A stretch of DNA of 64,000 nucleotides from Octopus vulgaris (taxonomy: Eukaryota). Both the position numbers and the translations under genes were made by a program. The stretch spans positions 105,276,001 through 105,340,000 of the forward strand of contig OX597815.1 in assembly GCA_951406725.2 (NCBI GenBank), given 5' to 3'. Below are positions 52,806 to 64,000 of this stretch, piece after piece (the stretch's first letter is position 1; each line of letters begins with the position of its first letter). A model generated the notes under the pieces. The model had not been told where the DNA came from and ran no database searches. It saw nothing but the letters and a program-made list of their open reading frames with translations.

Positions 52806-53810
52806 TTATATATGTGTGTATGTACATACATCTGTTTTCAGTATTGATCTAATTAGTCTAAAATATTCGTTTTTTATTTTCTCTTTCATTTGTGTGTATT
52901 GTGTCTTATCTAGTTCATGGATTTCTAAGTATTTGTAAGTTTGGCTTTGGTCTAATTTTATTTCATTGGTTTTATCTAGTGTGATGTTGCTACTCTTAAC
53001 GAGTTTTCCTCTTTTCAGGGTTACTTTAGCGCATTTCTCTAATCCAAATTTCATATCTATTTCTTTGGTAAATCCATGAACTGTCTTTAGTAGTGTTTCC
53101 AGCTGTTTGTCATTTGTAGCGTATAGTTTTAGGTCATCCATATATAAAAGGTGGCTGATCGTTTTGCCGTAACATTTATATCCGCATCCAGTTCTATTTA
53201 GCATATCAGATAGAGGTGACAGTGCCAAGCAGAAAAGGAGTGGAGAGAGCGTGTCTCCCTGGAATATTCCTCTTCTAATGGGGATGTCTTTGGTTTTCAT
53301 GAGTCCCTCTTTTGTTTGGAGGTGTAGGACTGTTTGCCATTTATTCATAGAGTGCTCTATGAATTTTATGATTGTTGGTGCTACTTTGTTAATGGCTAGT
53401 GTTTCGAGGATCCATGTGTGGGGGATGCTATCAAACGCCTTTTCGTAGTCAATCCAGGCCATACTGAGGCCTTTCTTCTTTCTGTGGCTGTCTTCAGTTA
53501 CGGCTTTATTAATCATTAGTTGATCTTTACAGCCATATGAGCCTTTGCGGCATCCTTTCTGCTCTTCTGGGAACAGTTTGTTTTCGTCCAGGTGCTTGTT
53601 CAGCCTTTGCGATATCACTGCAGTAAATGCCTTGAAAATAGTAGGGAGGCAGGTTATTGGTCTGTAGTTTTCTGGCTTTGCTGTTTCATTTGATTTGGGA
53701 ATTAAGATGGTTTTCCCCTTCGTGAGCCATTCAGGCATTGTCTCTGTCTCTGCTAGTATGCTGTTAAAGTTTTCAGCCAGCTTTTTGTGCATTCCTGTTA
53801 GATATTTCAA
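52806..53810 (-). CDS. Uninterrupted 334-aa reverse-transcriptase segment of a Dong/R4 LINE (element ~52831-53972)
   Basis: ENYRPITCLP, EQKGCR, WIDYEKAFDSIPH, RRGIFQGDTLSPLLF, YMDDLK, KFGLEKC; truncated at both ends; 52831-53320 is nearly identical to 49055-49545. Confidence 0.93.
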   Translation of the reverse strand: MKYLTGMHKKLAENFNSILAETETMPEWLTKGKTILIPKSNETAKPENYRPITCLPTIFKAFTAVISQRLNKHLDENKLFPEEQKGCRKGSYGCKDQLMINKAVTEDSHRKKKGLSMAWIDYEKAFDSIPHTWILETLAINKVAPTIIKFIEHSMNKWQTVLHLQTKEGLMKTKDIPIRRGIFQGDTLSPLLFCLALSPLSDMLNRTGCGYKCYGKTISHLLYMDDLKLYATNDKQLETLLKTVHGFTKEIDMKFGLEKCAKVTLKRGKLVKSSNITLDKTNEIKLDQSQTYKYLEIHELDKTQYTQMKEKIKNEYFRLIRSILKTDVCTYTHI

Positions 53811-53971
53811 CCAGAAGTTGGGGATCTTGTCATGCCCAGGTGCCTTCCAGTTGCTTAGTTTTTGCAGTGCCTGGGTGACCTCTTCAGTTGTTATGGGGGT
53901 CCAAAGTTGTTCAGATGCCGAGTTTGTTATTTTGATACTCCTTTTTTTTGGCTGTTCGTTCGCCGACCATA

Positions 53972-54052
<81 letters not shown>

Positions 54053-54053
<1 letters not shown>

Positions 54054-54980
54054 TGTTGAAAGCTCTGAGCATATTTTGCTGGGTATGATGGAAAGTGTCT
54101 ATTGTTCACGGCCAGCAGACTAAGGTGACACTTGTTTACTGGCTATGCTTCAAAAACCCTGCGAAGAATTCTTGCAGTTCCAAGCGATGCTGATTTTTCT
54201 AAGTGTTCTATCTTTACATTTGTACCAATCTTTTTCAGTGATGTTGGTAGTTGAGTCCTGATACTTCCGAGTGCATCAATTACTATTGGTCTCATGTCTA
54301 CTCCCCTCGTTGACCTCAAACTTCGTATTTCCCACTTGAAATCGTCGTAGTTGTTCAGTTTTTCTTTCTCGTTGATCCTGTTGTCACCGGGACATGTTAT
54401 GTCGATTATCATGCAATTTCATTCTTTTTTATTCACCACAACAATGTCCGATTTCCGATGTCTAGTCAGGTGACCACACTGAACCATTGCATCCAACAGG
54501 ATTCTACAGTCTTCATTCTGGGTGACTCCTGCAGGAGTTTTCTCGTACCACGTCATTGCTCTTTGCAGGCCTTGATTTCCACAGAGCTCCCAATGGATCA
54601 TTCTTGCCACATTGTGATGTCGTCTTTTTTAATCGCATTGTGTCAATTTGTGGCATTCGGTAACGATGTGCAATACCATTTCACACAATACATTCTGCAT
54701 TTTTCGCTTTCGGTAGTCTTGTTGATTCTGCAGTTCACAGTTAGTCCTTAACGCTTATCCTTGTGTTGCACATATAAGTGCTTCTATCTCTCTTTTTCAG
54801 GTCACTCTTCCTCATCCATAGGCTCCACTCTTCTGTATCTGTCTTGGATTTCGTAACTCTTGCAAACTGACCGTGCATTTTTTCTCTTTCCATGCTGTTT
54901 CTTTTTCTGTTTTTTTCTTTTTCATCTTTAATTTTTTTTTTACTTTACGCAATTATCAATTTTGATGACGCCGGACTGAT
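54053..54980 (-). mobile_element. Dong-type LINE 3' part (zinc knuckle and RLE), distinct subfamily
   Basis: RHHNVARMIHWELC, RKSDIVVV, IIDITCPGD, LGTARILRRVFEA; 3' UTR ends in the (TAA)n tract 53975-54052. Confidence 0.85.
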
Positions 54981-55023
54981 CAGACCCTTATCCTCATTGT
55001 TGTTGTTGTTGTTGTCATTGTTA

Positions 55024-55562
55024 AGTGAGAGAGCAGTGCATTCCATCAAAGTGAGACTGCAGTAAAATAGACGAAGTCCAGTATACCCATCACGACCACC
55101 CGTCTGATAAGAGTAAACGAACTACATGCATCACAAACCTATGTGCGCGTCAAGGGGATCTCATACAAAGATAAACAGCGCATGTCCTTACAGACGAGGC
55201 CCAGTTACAATTTTCTTCTGGTCGAGTAGCCCATCCCGCTAAAAAGGTCACTCAGTAAATGTTGTTTAAGGATGTTGAATGAAACACCCATGTTTCCAGA
55301 GGGGAATTATTCAAAACCCGAAGAATTCCTCTCAACAGACGGCTCTGATGCTTCTCCACTAAATCTGCTCGTGACCAGCCACTAAGGGACATATTCAACT
55401 GGTTAAGTTCAAACAACTGTCAAGCAAATCTGTGGTACGGAACGAAATATTTGTTGTAGTCCATTTCTAACAAACATGACAAGACAATGAACATGATAGC
55501 ACTCCCAATCAGTTAAGATCAGAAGCCATGAGAGTCCCTGCCTGGTACTCAATCAGGGCATT
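55024..55562 (-). mobile_element. ~550-bp TAA-associated element, copy 3 (older)
   Basis: Collinear with copies 1 and 2, with more substitutions. Confidence 0.8.
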
Positions 55563-55574
55563 CTTCTTATTATT

Positions 55575-56310
55575 ATTGCTTTGGCGCAGCTTCTTACGCT
55601 GGAGATGTACTGCAGTGTTAGCTGTTCACAACCAGTGAACTAAAGTAACACCTTTTATTTTTCGAGCACCTTCCGGAGTATTCGAGCGGTTCTAAGCAGT
55701 GCTGTTTTCTGCAAGTACTCCATCTTTATTGCAGCCCATATTTGTTCCAGTTATTTCTCGAGATTTTTGCTCACTATTCCAAGGCCTCCGGCAATTATTG
55801 GTACTAATGCTACCTTTCTCATCGACCACAATTGCATAACTTCTCAAGCTAAGCTGTCATATCTATAGACTTTTCTTTCTTCCTTGTCGCATACCTTGTT
55901 GTCAACTGGGCATGCTATATCTATGATCCAGTATCGTTTGCTTTCTTTCTCAATTAAGACTATGTCTGGCTTCCTATTCCCTATCTCATGGTCGCACTGA
56001 ATCATAAGATCCCTCAAGATCTTTGCATTTCTATTTTCGACGATGCCTTCAGGTTTGTGGTTGTACCAATTGTTTACTCTGTCAAGTCCATACTTGTTGC
56101 AAAGTGTCCAATGGACAAGCCTTGCTATATTGTTGTGGCGTCTGTTATACTCCTTCTGGGCTAGTGGCGTACATTAGCTGATAATATGCCATACGGTTTC
56201 ACCGTTTTGTCCACATACTCTGCACTTATCACTTTCTGCTGTGTTGTCTATTCTGTATTTTATGAAGTTTGTTCTTAGTGCTTGTTCTTGGGCAGCACAG
56301 ATTTCAGCTG
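55575..56310 (-). mobile_element. Dong-type LINE 3' part, distinct subfamily
   Basis: CRVCGQNGETVWHIIS, RRHNNIARLVHWTLC, RKPDIVLI, IIDIACP. Confidence 0.8.
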
Positions 56311-56469
56311 CATTAGTACCGGTCATCCTCTAGAAGCCAAGAGTAGCAAGGGCACGTTTGTTTTGCTATGCATGCTAAAATTATCACCACATTTATTCCA
56401 TTTTAGATGGAGAGTGCTTTCCATAGTATATAGGCTGTACCTATCAAGGTTATGTTTTGAAGTTCACGG

Positions 56470-56760
56470 AGATTGCAGTTACCAGATACTTCACATTCCC
56501 AACGCACCAATTACTATTGGAATTATCGTAGTATTAAGCCTCCAGATTTTTTTTAATTTTAATTTGCAGATCTTTATAATGAGAAAGCTTTTCGTATTCC
56601 TTTCTTGAGAATTTTAATCTTGTGGGAGAGACATATCTATTAACAGACAAGTTTCTCTGTTGTAGTCCTTGATCACAGTGTCTGGTCGATTGGAGTCATT
56701 TTTTCTTTCTGTTTGTATGGGGAAGTTCCAAAGGATAGTGACGCCATCGCCATTTACTAT
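56470..56760 (-). mobile_element. Dong-type RLE fragment
   Basis: VTILWNFPIQT...NRPDTVIKD...LLIDMSLP; TIIPIVIGALG. Confidence 0.7.
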
Positions 56761-57075
56761 ATCCGATTCACTTCTTCAGAAATGAGCTGGAGCAGGTAGT
56801 GTAGCCGTGTAGAAATACTGGAAATATCATGAAAGGGATAGTACCATACCATCAAGAGATGATCTTTTATGATAATATTATATATGCATAGATTTCAGAT
56901 TGCTTTGGGTAAATTTATACAGCAATATTGTTAAGTAATCGATAATGCTCAAATCTCCAGCAGAACATCTTGAACATCGGGTAATGTTCCAAGTTTTCAG
57001 AAAGTGACTCTTCTTATTTCTTGACAAGTATTCCATCGACGAGACAATATGCTTGAAAAACAGGATGACAAAGTG

Positions 57076-57964
57076 CAAGGTGCATTACAGAAGTTTTTTT
57101 GTACTGTTTTAGGAGAGACAGTTGGAATGTAATTTTAATATATCATTACAATACATTTAATAAGCTGTTATTCCAGATTGAACGAGACAGTTGTAACAGT
57201 ATTTTGAACACACCCTACTAAGCACTCCCTATTAAACACTACTTTTCTCTGCTGACTATTTTACAGAATTCAGTCAGAACGTTTGGAAGTTTACTGTGCA
57301 GTAAGTGTTGAGGTAAACTGGCACACAAACGCAACAGCAAATCATGAACTCCTCTAGACTGCTTGCGGTTTAGCTTTTTCGCTGGCACGAGATTCAGAGA
57401 CGGTAGAGTGGAGGTGAGAGACGGTGAGTGATGTAGGAGCGAGAGAGACGTCGGAACATCCGAGCTGGTTGAGAAAATTTGAAATTTTCTAGATGGAGAC
57501 CGTCGTGTGGCTATAAAAATAATAAGCATATAATTTGGTAGGTTCCGATCCGCTTCTTCAGAAATGAGATGGAGCAGGTTGGTGTGATAACTGTATAAAG
57601 AATTATTCATGAACATACGCAAAATTTGTGCAAAGTTTATTCCTAGAGTGCTCTGTGACGAGTATCCTGGTAACCATTGCCTTCACAGAGATGAGCATCA
57701 AAACTGTCCCTCACTCTCCCTACAGTCTACATCTAAGCTGAAAGAGAACATCAGAATCAGTCGTTTTGAAGATGAACGGGATGTGACAAGGGTCTTCGAT
57801 ACCTTCACATTAGACGACTTCCAGGGGGCATTCACGAAGTGGCTGGATTAAAGTACATTGAAGTCAGAAGATCCTACTTTAAGAAAGAGTAGAGTTTTGT
57901 GCTTTTTTTTTAATTAATAAATGTCCCACCTGAAAAAGTCTGAAAACTTCTGGAATACACATTG
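57076..57964 (+). mobile_element. mariner transposon, internally deleted, with degenerate TIRs
   Basis: TIRs caaggtgcattacagaagtttt and aaaacttctggaatacacattg|ta; peptides LDGDRRV, RKICAKFIPRVL and FQGAFTKW. Confidence 0.8.
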
Positions 57965-58069
57965 TATTTCATATATATGAGAGAAATAAGACCTATGATA
58001 CTTTGCAGTATCTTTGTACTCTAAAAAGATGAGATTGCAAATCGTCAACACCGAAGACTTGATAAGAAA

Positions 58070-58255
58070 AAAGATGTCTGCCAATGGTTTTTCTACTTCC
58101 AGATTTATTGTTAGTTACTCTAGATGAGGAACATGTTAAGAGATTCGGTTAGCTCTTCCACCAGTTCATTGTTGACATGTATACCAAAATTGCATTTGAG
58201 CGATTGTGTTACATCAGCCAAAACTACAACAGAAAAAAAGTGGATTCATATACTC
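58070..58255 (+). mobile_element. Helitron Rep/helicase N-terminal (Helitron_like_N) fragment
   Basis: RFG*LFHQFIVDMYTKIAFERLCYISQN...VDSY matches the LFHQFIVDMYAKIExERLxYIR motif. Confidence 0.75.
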
Positions 58256-59934
58256 CCTTCATAGTTACTGTCGCAAAAGAGGCCATTCTACCAATGCAAT
58301 GCAGTTACTTAAACAACCCAGTTTATTTTTTACTTAAACAACCCAGTTTGTATTTAGTTACTAAGTTCACCTACTGTTCTAATAAATTCGATCCTCAGGC
58401 AATGTCGATTGCCTCAATTAATACATACATATACATACAGGCCCATACACTCGCAAAATGTTGATAATCATTAAGTCACAGTCGGAGACACTTATCCAGG
58501 GTGTTTTGCAATGAGATAGAGATTGTATAGCTGGAAAGTAAATACTGAACCACACAGTTAATGACTGATATTTTAGATATACATAATGCTTTATTTAAGT
58601 GTTTTATTACATTAAGAAATAGATTTTAAAAAACTGTAGCCAATTCAACCCTTTTATGAAAAAACAGACTTTAACAATATGCATTTAGTGCATATAAAAC
58701 TAAACTTGGCATTAAAAATTATTCAATTCCCGCATCAACAGAATGTAATCCAAATGTTAAATGCAATGATTCCTTGAATGATGAATGATAAAAAAAGAAA
58801 CTTTAAATCTGTTATGATCTGACCTCTAAGCGTAAAATAATATAATTACTGTAAGCAATGTTTTCCTCGTACCTTTCTGATTCTGCTTCGTGGAAGCGTG
58901 TGATTGTTCATGTTTCTTTAGCTTTAGGTTATCTCTGATCGAGCAGACCTATGATGAAAGATATTTCAACCGTAACTATCCCATCTCTTTAAGAATATCT
59001 TGGAATATATTATCTTATATGTGTTGTCTCCTCCTTTTTATACGGTGAACTGTGTTTTGAGGAAGATTTGGATGCTATATCTAGTATGTCGGACGATCAC
59101 GTAAATATTCACTAGTATATTCAAGCAATAAATAGATAAATAAATAAGTGGTTAATAAAGCAAGAAATTATTATTAATTTTCTATGGCACATCAACTATA
59201 TTATAATTAATCAGATATATTTATTTTCGCATGTATTTGTTTCTTAGTTTTCTGGTTATTCAAATATAATTTCTCCACACCAGCTCTGATGAACATAATA
59301 AGTTCAGTACATTATAGACGTTGAAAATTTAAAAATAGATTTGACTTAATTGTGTAAGGTAATATTTCACTGACTGAACGTACATAAGTAGAAAATCATT
59401 CGCCATCATCAGCTGTTTCAAATATATTCCAAAGAGCAGACTAATGATATTTCCCAACACGAATAGCTCATTTATTGATTGTCCAGATGTGGCTAATTTC
59501 CAAAGAAGTAAACATTAATTAATGTTTATATTTTGTTGGGAAGCCTCTCCATAGGGACAAAATCAAGACCGTTCTGTTTTGCTTGAAGAAAATACCGATT
59601 AAATATTTACAACAAAATATTGGATGTGTATAAATCTACTATTAGTATAAGACGTTCGTTAACAAGAGTAAGCGTCTGGCTCACTTTCAAGTGGTAGTTT
59701 TAAACGTTCTGAAGTGACTCGGTCTGCGGCCAAGGAAAATATCCTCTTACGATTTAATTATCCAACCACATAATTTGATTTTTATTTAAATTATTTAAAT
59801 ACAATAATATCATCCGATTGAGGAATGAGACTACTGAGCAGTGTTCTGTTAATAAACATGAGTCCAACCTCTTTTTGCTCGCGCAAAATCACTTTTAGAT
59901 TAAAATAAAAACAAGAATTAATATTAGTTTCGAA

Positions 59935-60120
59935 TTCTGGTACAAGGCCAAATTCGGGTGGAGTCGATTACTCCACTGCTTAACTGGTACTTATTCTATC
60001 GACCTCGAAACGGTGAAAGGCAAAGTTGACCTCGGCGGACTTTGAACTCAGAACGTAAAGACAAACGGGATGCCGCTAAGCATTTTTTCCGACCTACTAA
60101 GGGTTCTTCTGGCTCACTGC
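59935..60120 (-). mobile_element. SINE family D, degenerate
   Basis: aactggtacttattctatcgacc...gaaaggcaaagttgacctcggcgg. Confidence 0.75.
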
Positions 60121-60232
60121 CTTACGTTTTGTTAAAATTATTATATATCATTATGCTTTACGCTTCAAAATTGGAGCTGGTAGATTCGTTAGTAGGTCAT
60201 ACAAAATGTATTATTATTATTATTATTATTAT

Positions 60233-60309
<77 letters not shown>

Positions 60310-60738
60310 TGAACGAGAAAATAAAGAAAGACTACTATAGACGAGTTAGATCAATACTAAGAGCAGAGCTCAATGCTAAAGACAAGATGATAGGTATTAA
60401 AACTTTATCTGTCCCAGTGATAAGTTACAGGTACAATATCTTTAACTGGACACTAAATTAACTAACCAAAATAGACAGGAAAACAAGAAACATAATGACA
60501 GGATCTATGATGCACCACACAAAATCTGACATAGAAAGGCTATATATATATACAACGAATAAAAGGTGGTAGAGGCCTTATACATCTGGAAAACTATTAT
60601 AAAATAACCACCATAGAACTGCAAAAATGCCTACTTCAGAAGCAAGGAAAACTGATACAAATAGCCGCAAAACATGAGCAAAACAAAAAACTGTTAAGGA
60701 AGCTGACAAATACAAACAAGAAATCATGCTACCTAACA

Positions 60739-60807
<69 letters not shown>

Positions 60808-61834
60808 AAGAAGAAGAAGAAGAAGAAGAAGAAGAAGAAGAAGAAGAAGAAGAAGAAGAAGAAGAAGAAGAAGAAGAAGAAGAAGAAGAAGAAGAAGAAG
60901 AAGAAGAAGAAGAAGAAGAAGAAGAGCTATAAAACAAATGAAATCCAAACTAAAACTAGAACAGCAACGGATCATTATAAAACGATGGCAGGAAAAGCCC
61001 CTTCATAGCAAATACTGGACTAAACTAAATGCAAAAGAAATAGACAGAGAAAATTCCCAGAAATGGTTGAGAAGCTCAGGACTCAAAGCAGAGACGGAGG
61101 GGTTTTTAATTGCAGCACAAGACCAAAGCCTCCTCATCAGAAATTACCAAAAACATATGATGAAAAGAAACATAACAAGTAACTGCAGAAAATGTGGAGA
61201 TGGACAAGAAACAATAAATCATATTATCTCTGGCTGCCCAGTCCTGGCTAAGAAGGAATATATTCACAGACACGACAGAGTTTGGACCTACATACACTGG
61301 AAGCTATGCCAACACTATGGGATAACAACAGAAAAAAAGATGGTATAGGCACACACCAGAAAATGCCACAAAACGAGAAAGCAACCATGCTTTGGGATAT
61401 GCCAATACACACAGGTAGAGAAATTAAGGCCAATAGGCCAGATATAGTTGTTAGAGATCATGAAGAAAATTGATGTATCAATACCAGCAGATGACAACGT
61501 TTCTCTTAAAGAAATGGAGAAACTTTCAAAATACAAAGACCTGGAAATAGATGTAACTCGAATGTGGAATCTAAAAACAGAAACAATTCCTACCATAGTA
61601 GGCACATTAGGTATGATAAAAAATAATATTCAGACAAATACATAACAAAAACACTCGGACTTACAAATATATATAACATACAGAAAATTGCACTACTGTG
61701 CACTGCACACATCCTACGCAAAACACTTTCAATTCAGTAACAATACGAGAATCACAAAAAACCACAGCACATACCCAAGGCACACTGAGCTGCGCTCGGT
61801 AGTGAAGTGAAAGCACTCTATAAAAATAAAACTA

Positions 61835-61838
<4 letters not shown>
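60310..61838 (+). mobile_element. R4/Dong-type LINE, 5'-truncated, same family as 47644-49545
   Basis: CRKCGDGQETINHIISGC, RPDIVVRD, DVSIPADD and the same 3' UTR, followed by a (TAA)n tail to ~61985. Confidence 0.93.
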
Positions 61839-61899
<61 letters not shown>

Positions 61900-61908
61900 T
61901 AATAATAG

Positions 61909-61985
<77 letters not shown>

Positions 61986-63589
61986 TCTGTTGACACTCTA
62001 CTGCCAACTGAAATATTATTAGAATGAGATAACAGGCTCATTGTTCTATTTTAACATGCTTGAATAAACCGCTGTTTAATCAAGACTCCTACTCAGTTTA
62101 AGGGGAGAAGAAAAGCTATAAAGAGGATCAGAATATTGAACATTTCTCCCTAATTAGTTAAAAAAAGTAAAAAAATCTATGTCTTATAAAATTTACAGTT
62201 AGCATGTAGTACTCTGCTTATTCATATGTTTTGTGGTATTCCTTTAACATTCATTCCTTCGTCTATTATTAGACTTTCGAACGAAATAATTATCTGACAC
62301 ATGAATAATTTAAAACTGTTTTATTTCGAATAAAGAAATCAATGTAATGAATTAGCTAGGACTTACTCGTGGCATAAATCAGATCCATCATTTTCCCGAT
62401 GATAACGACGGACTAAATGCATTTTTGAATGAGCAACATCTTCCGTGGTGACTTTTATGTGTCTTATTTTAACACATATCCAGTAGACATCTTTCAATAT
62501 CAACGAGTAAAGTAATTAATAAACATGAGTCATGAAGACGATCTAAGTGAGAGGGCATTTAATAATACTCATTAGTAAATTAAACAGATCAGAAGTAAAG
62601 TAAGGCTTAAAGATGTTTGAGAGACTAAACACTATCTCGATAATTTATTGTTGAAAGAATTTAAAAATGGAAAACGAAATGATCTTAAAAGACAGGATGT
62701 TTGTTGTTGTTTAGCTTCATTTCAACTTTGATTGAACAGACCTATGAATAAAGGCTTTCCAACCATGGCTCCGCCATTCTTTACTTGAGACATGCGTATT
62801 TAAAACACTATCAAATTACTTTATCTTTTTAGAACAGAGTAATTTGAAGATATGCTTGCTATTTCTAGCAAGTCGAACGACCACTTAGGGATTCATTCGT
62901 TTTTCTGTATGGGTGGCTTTGCATAAAATTCTTTATAAACAATGTAATTTAATGTCACGCATAAAGAATAATGTTCCAAGGTTTTTCCATAAAAGACCAA
63001 TCTAATCAATATGTACTGGACACAACGGACTCTACTACCTATCGATTGGTTTAGAATCTTGTTCATAATAATTTATGAGTATTCCTAAAGGACGCTGAGT
63101 ATAAATATAAACCAAACCCAGTTAGAAGTCTGGAAAAGGCGACAGCTGTTCTGGAGAATAAAAGAAAAACATTCTAATACGTTTATGCAATTTCAGCGAT
63201 TTATGTTTGCAGATGATACTAGATCGAATTGTTTTCTGCTAAATATCAATTCTTGGACGTTGTGTTACACCTACGTTCATTAATAAATGTGAACTGCATC
63301 AAAATGAATGCATTGAAGAGAGTCTTTTAAGATATGGGATATAACTAGTAACTATGGTAACGGTGAATAAGTAGGGAAGATGACTACTAGGTAGAAGAAA
63401 TGTAAATAGTATTACAGGGAATTTATCATGATTTGTGAATGTCGTTACCGTTTTCTTGTTTCTGCTCGCTATTTTCCCTGCTTTTGTTGCTTCATGATGT
63501 TATTTTTAGTTTTTGTTATCGTTGTAAATGTTGATGCTGTGTGTTTGGACTAGTGTATGATGTGTGTATACATGCATGCATACACATAG

Positions 63590-63605
63590 GTAGATAGGTA
63601 GATAT

Positions 63606-63671
<66 letters not shown>

Positions 63672-63790
63672 TGGTTGATTGATTGACTGATCGATTGATT
63701 GATTTGCACACACACACGCATGCGCACGCACGCACACACATGCATACACATATACACACACATAAACTCGTGCGAGCGCATGCCTGTTCT
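63590..63790. repeat. (GATA)n/(GATT)n/(CA)n compound microsatellite
   Basis: Read directly from the sequence. Confidence 0.9.
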
Positions 63791-64000
63791 ATCCTGTCAT
63801 TCGCAGCAAATTGAAACACGAATAATTAGCTAAATATTAGCTATGTGTGTGTTCGTATATGCATATAGTTGTTGTTATTCGTGTTGCACTTTCATTTTTG
63901 TACATGTTGTCATTTAGACTTATGAACAAAAGAGTTCCAGCTATTACCATTTATTCTTTTACTTATGTATATGGACTCCAGCACCACATTATCTAAAGTG

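Noticed and set aside
59286-59310. CTGATGA hammerhead core start
   Set aside because: No correctly placed GAAA, stem III or NUH downstream.

Overview
AT-rich, repeat-dominated eukaryotic DNA, intronic or intergenic. The SINE and LINE families and the dense (TA)n, (TACA)n and (TAA)n microsatellites suggest a coleoid cephalopod, most likely Octopus; this is an inference from recalled repeat families, not a search. No host protein-coding gene is securely recognisable, and most listed ORFs are microsatellite artefacts or decayed transposon ORFs. The window holds: about 12 fragments of R4/Dong-type (RLE) LINEs clustered at (TAA)n tracts, one with a 334-aa intact RT segment; CR1-like, Tx1/L1-like, RTE and Penelope retroelements; four tRNA-derived SINE families; two mariner remnants; Helitron and HINE-like elements; and several fold-back palindromes. 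Three observations stand out. (i) Four short elements beside (TA)n tracts carry minimal hammerhead-ribozyme-like folds with non-canonical cores and covarying stem I. (ii) The (TAA)n tracts act as insertion hubs, including for a fixed-length ~550-bp non-autonomous element present three times. (iii) Dong copies grow triplet repeats, including their own (TAA)n target, at one internal ORF site. Two weak orphan exon candidates lie on the minus strand. Element boundaries were read by eye and are approximate.
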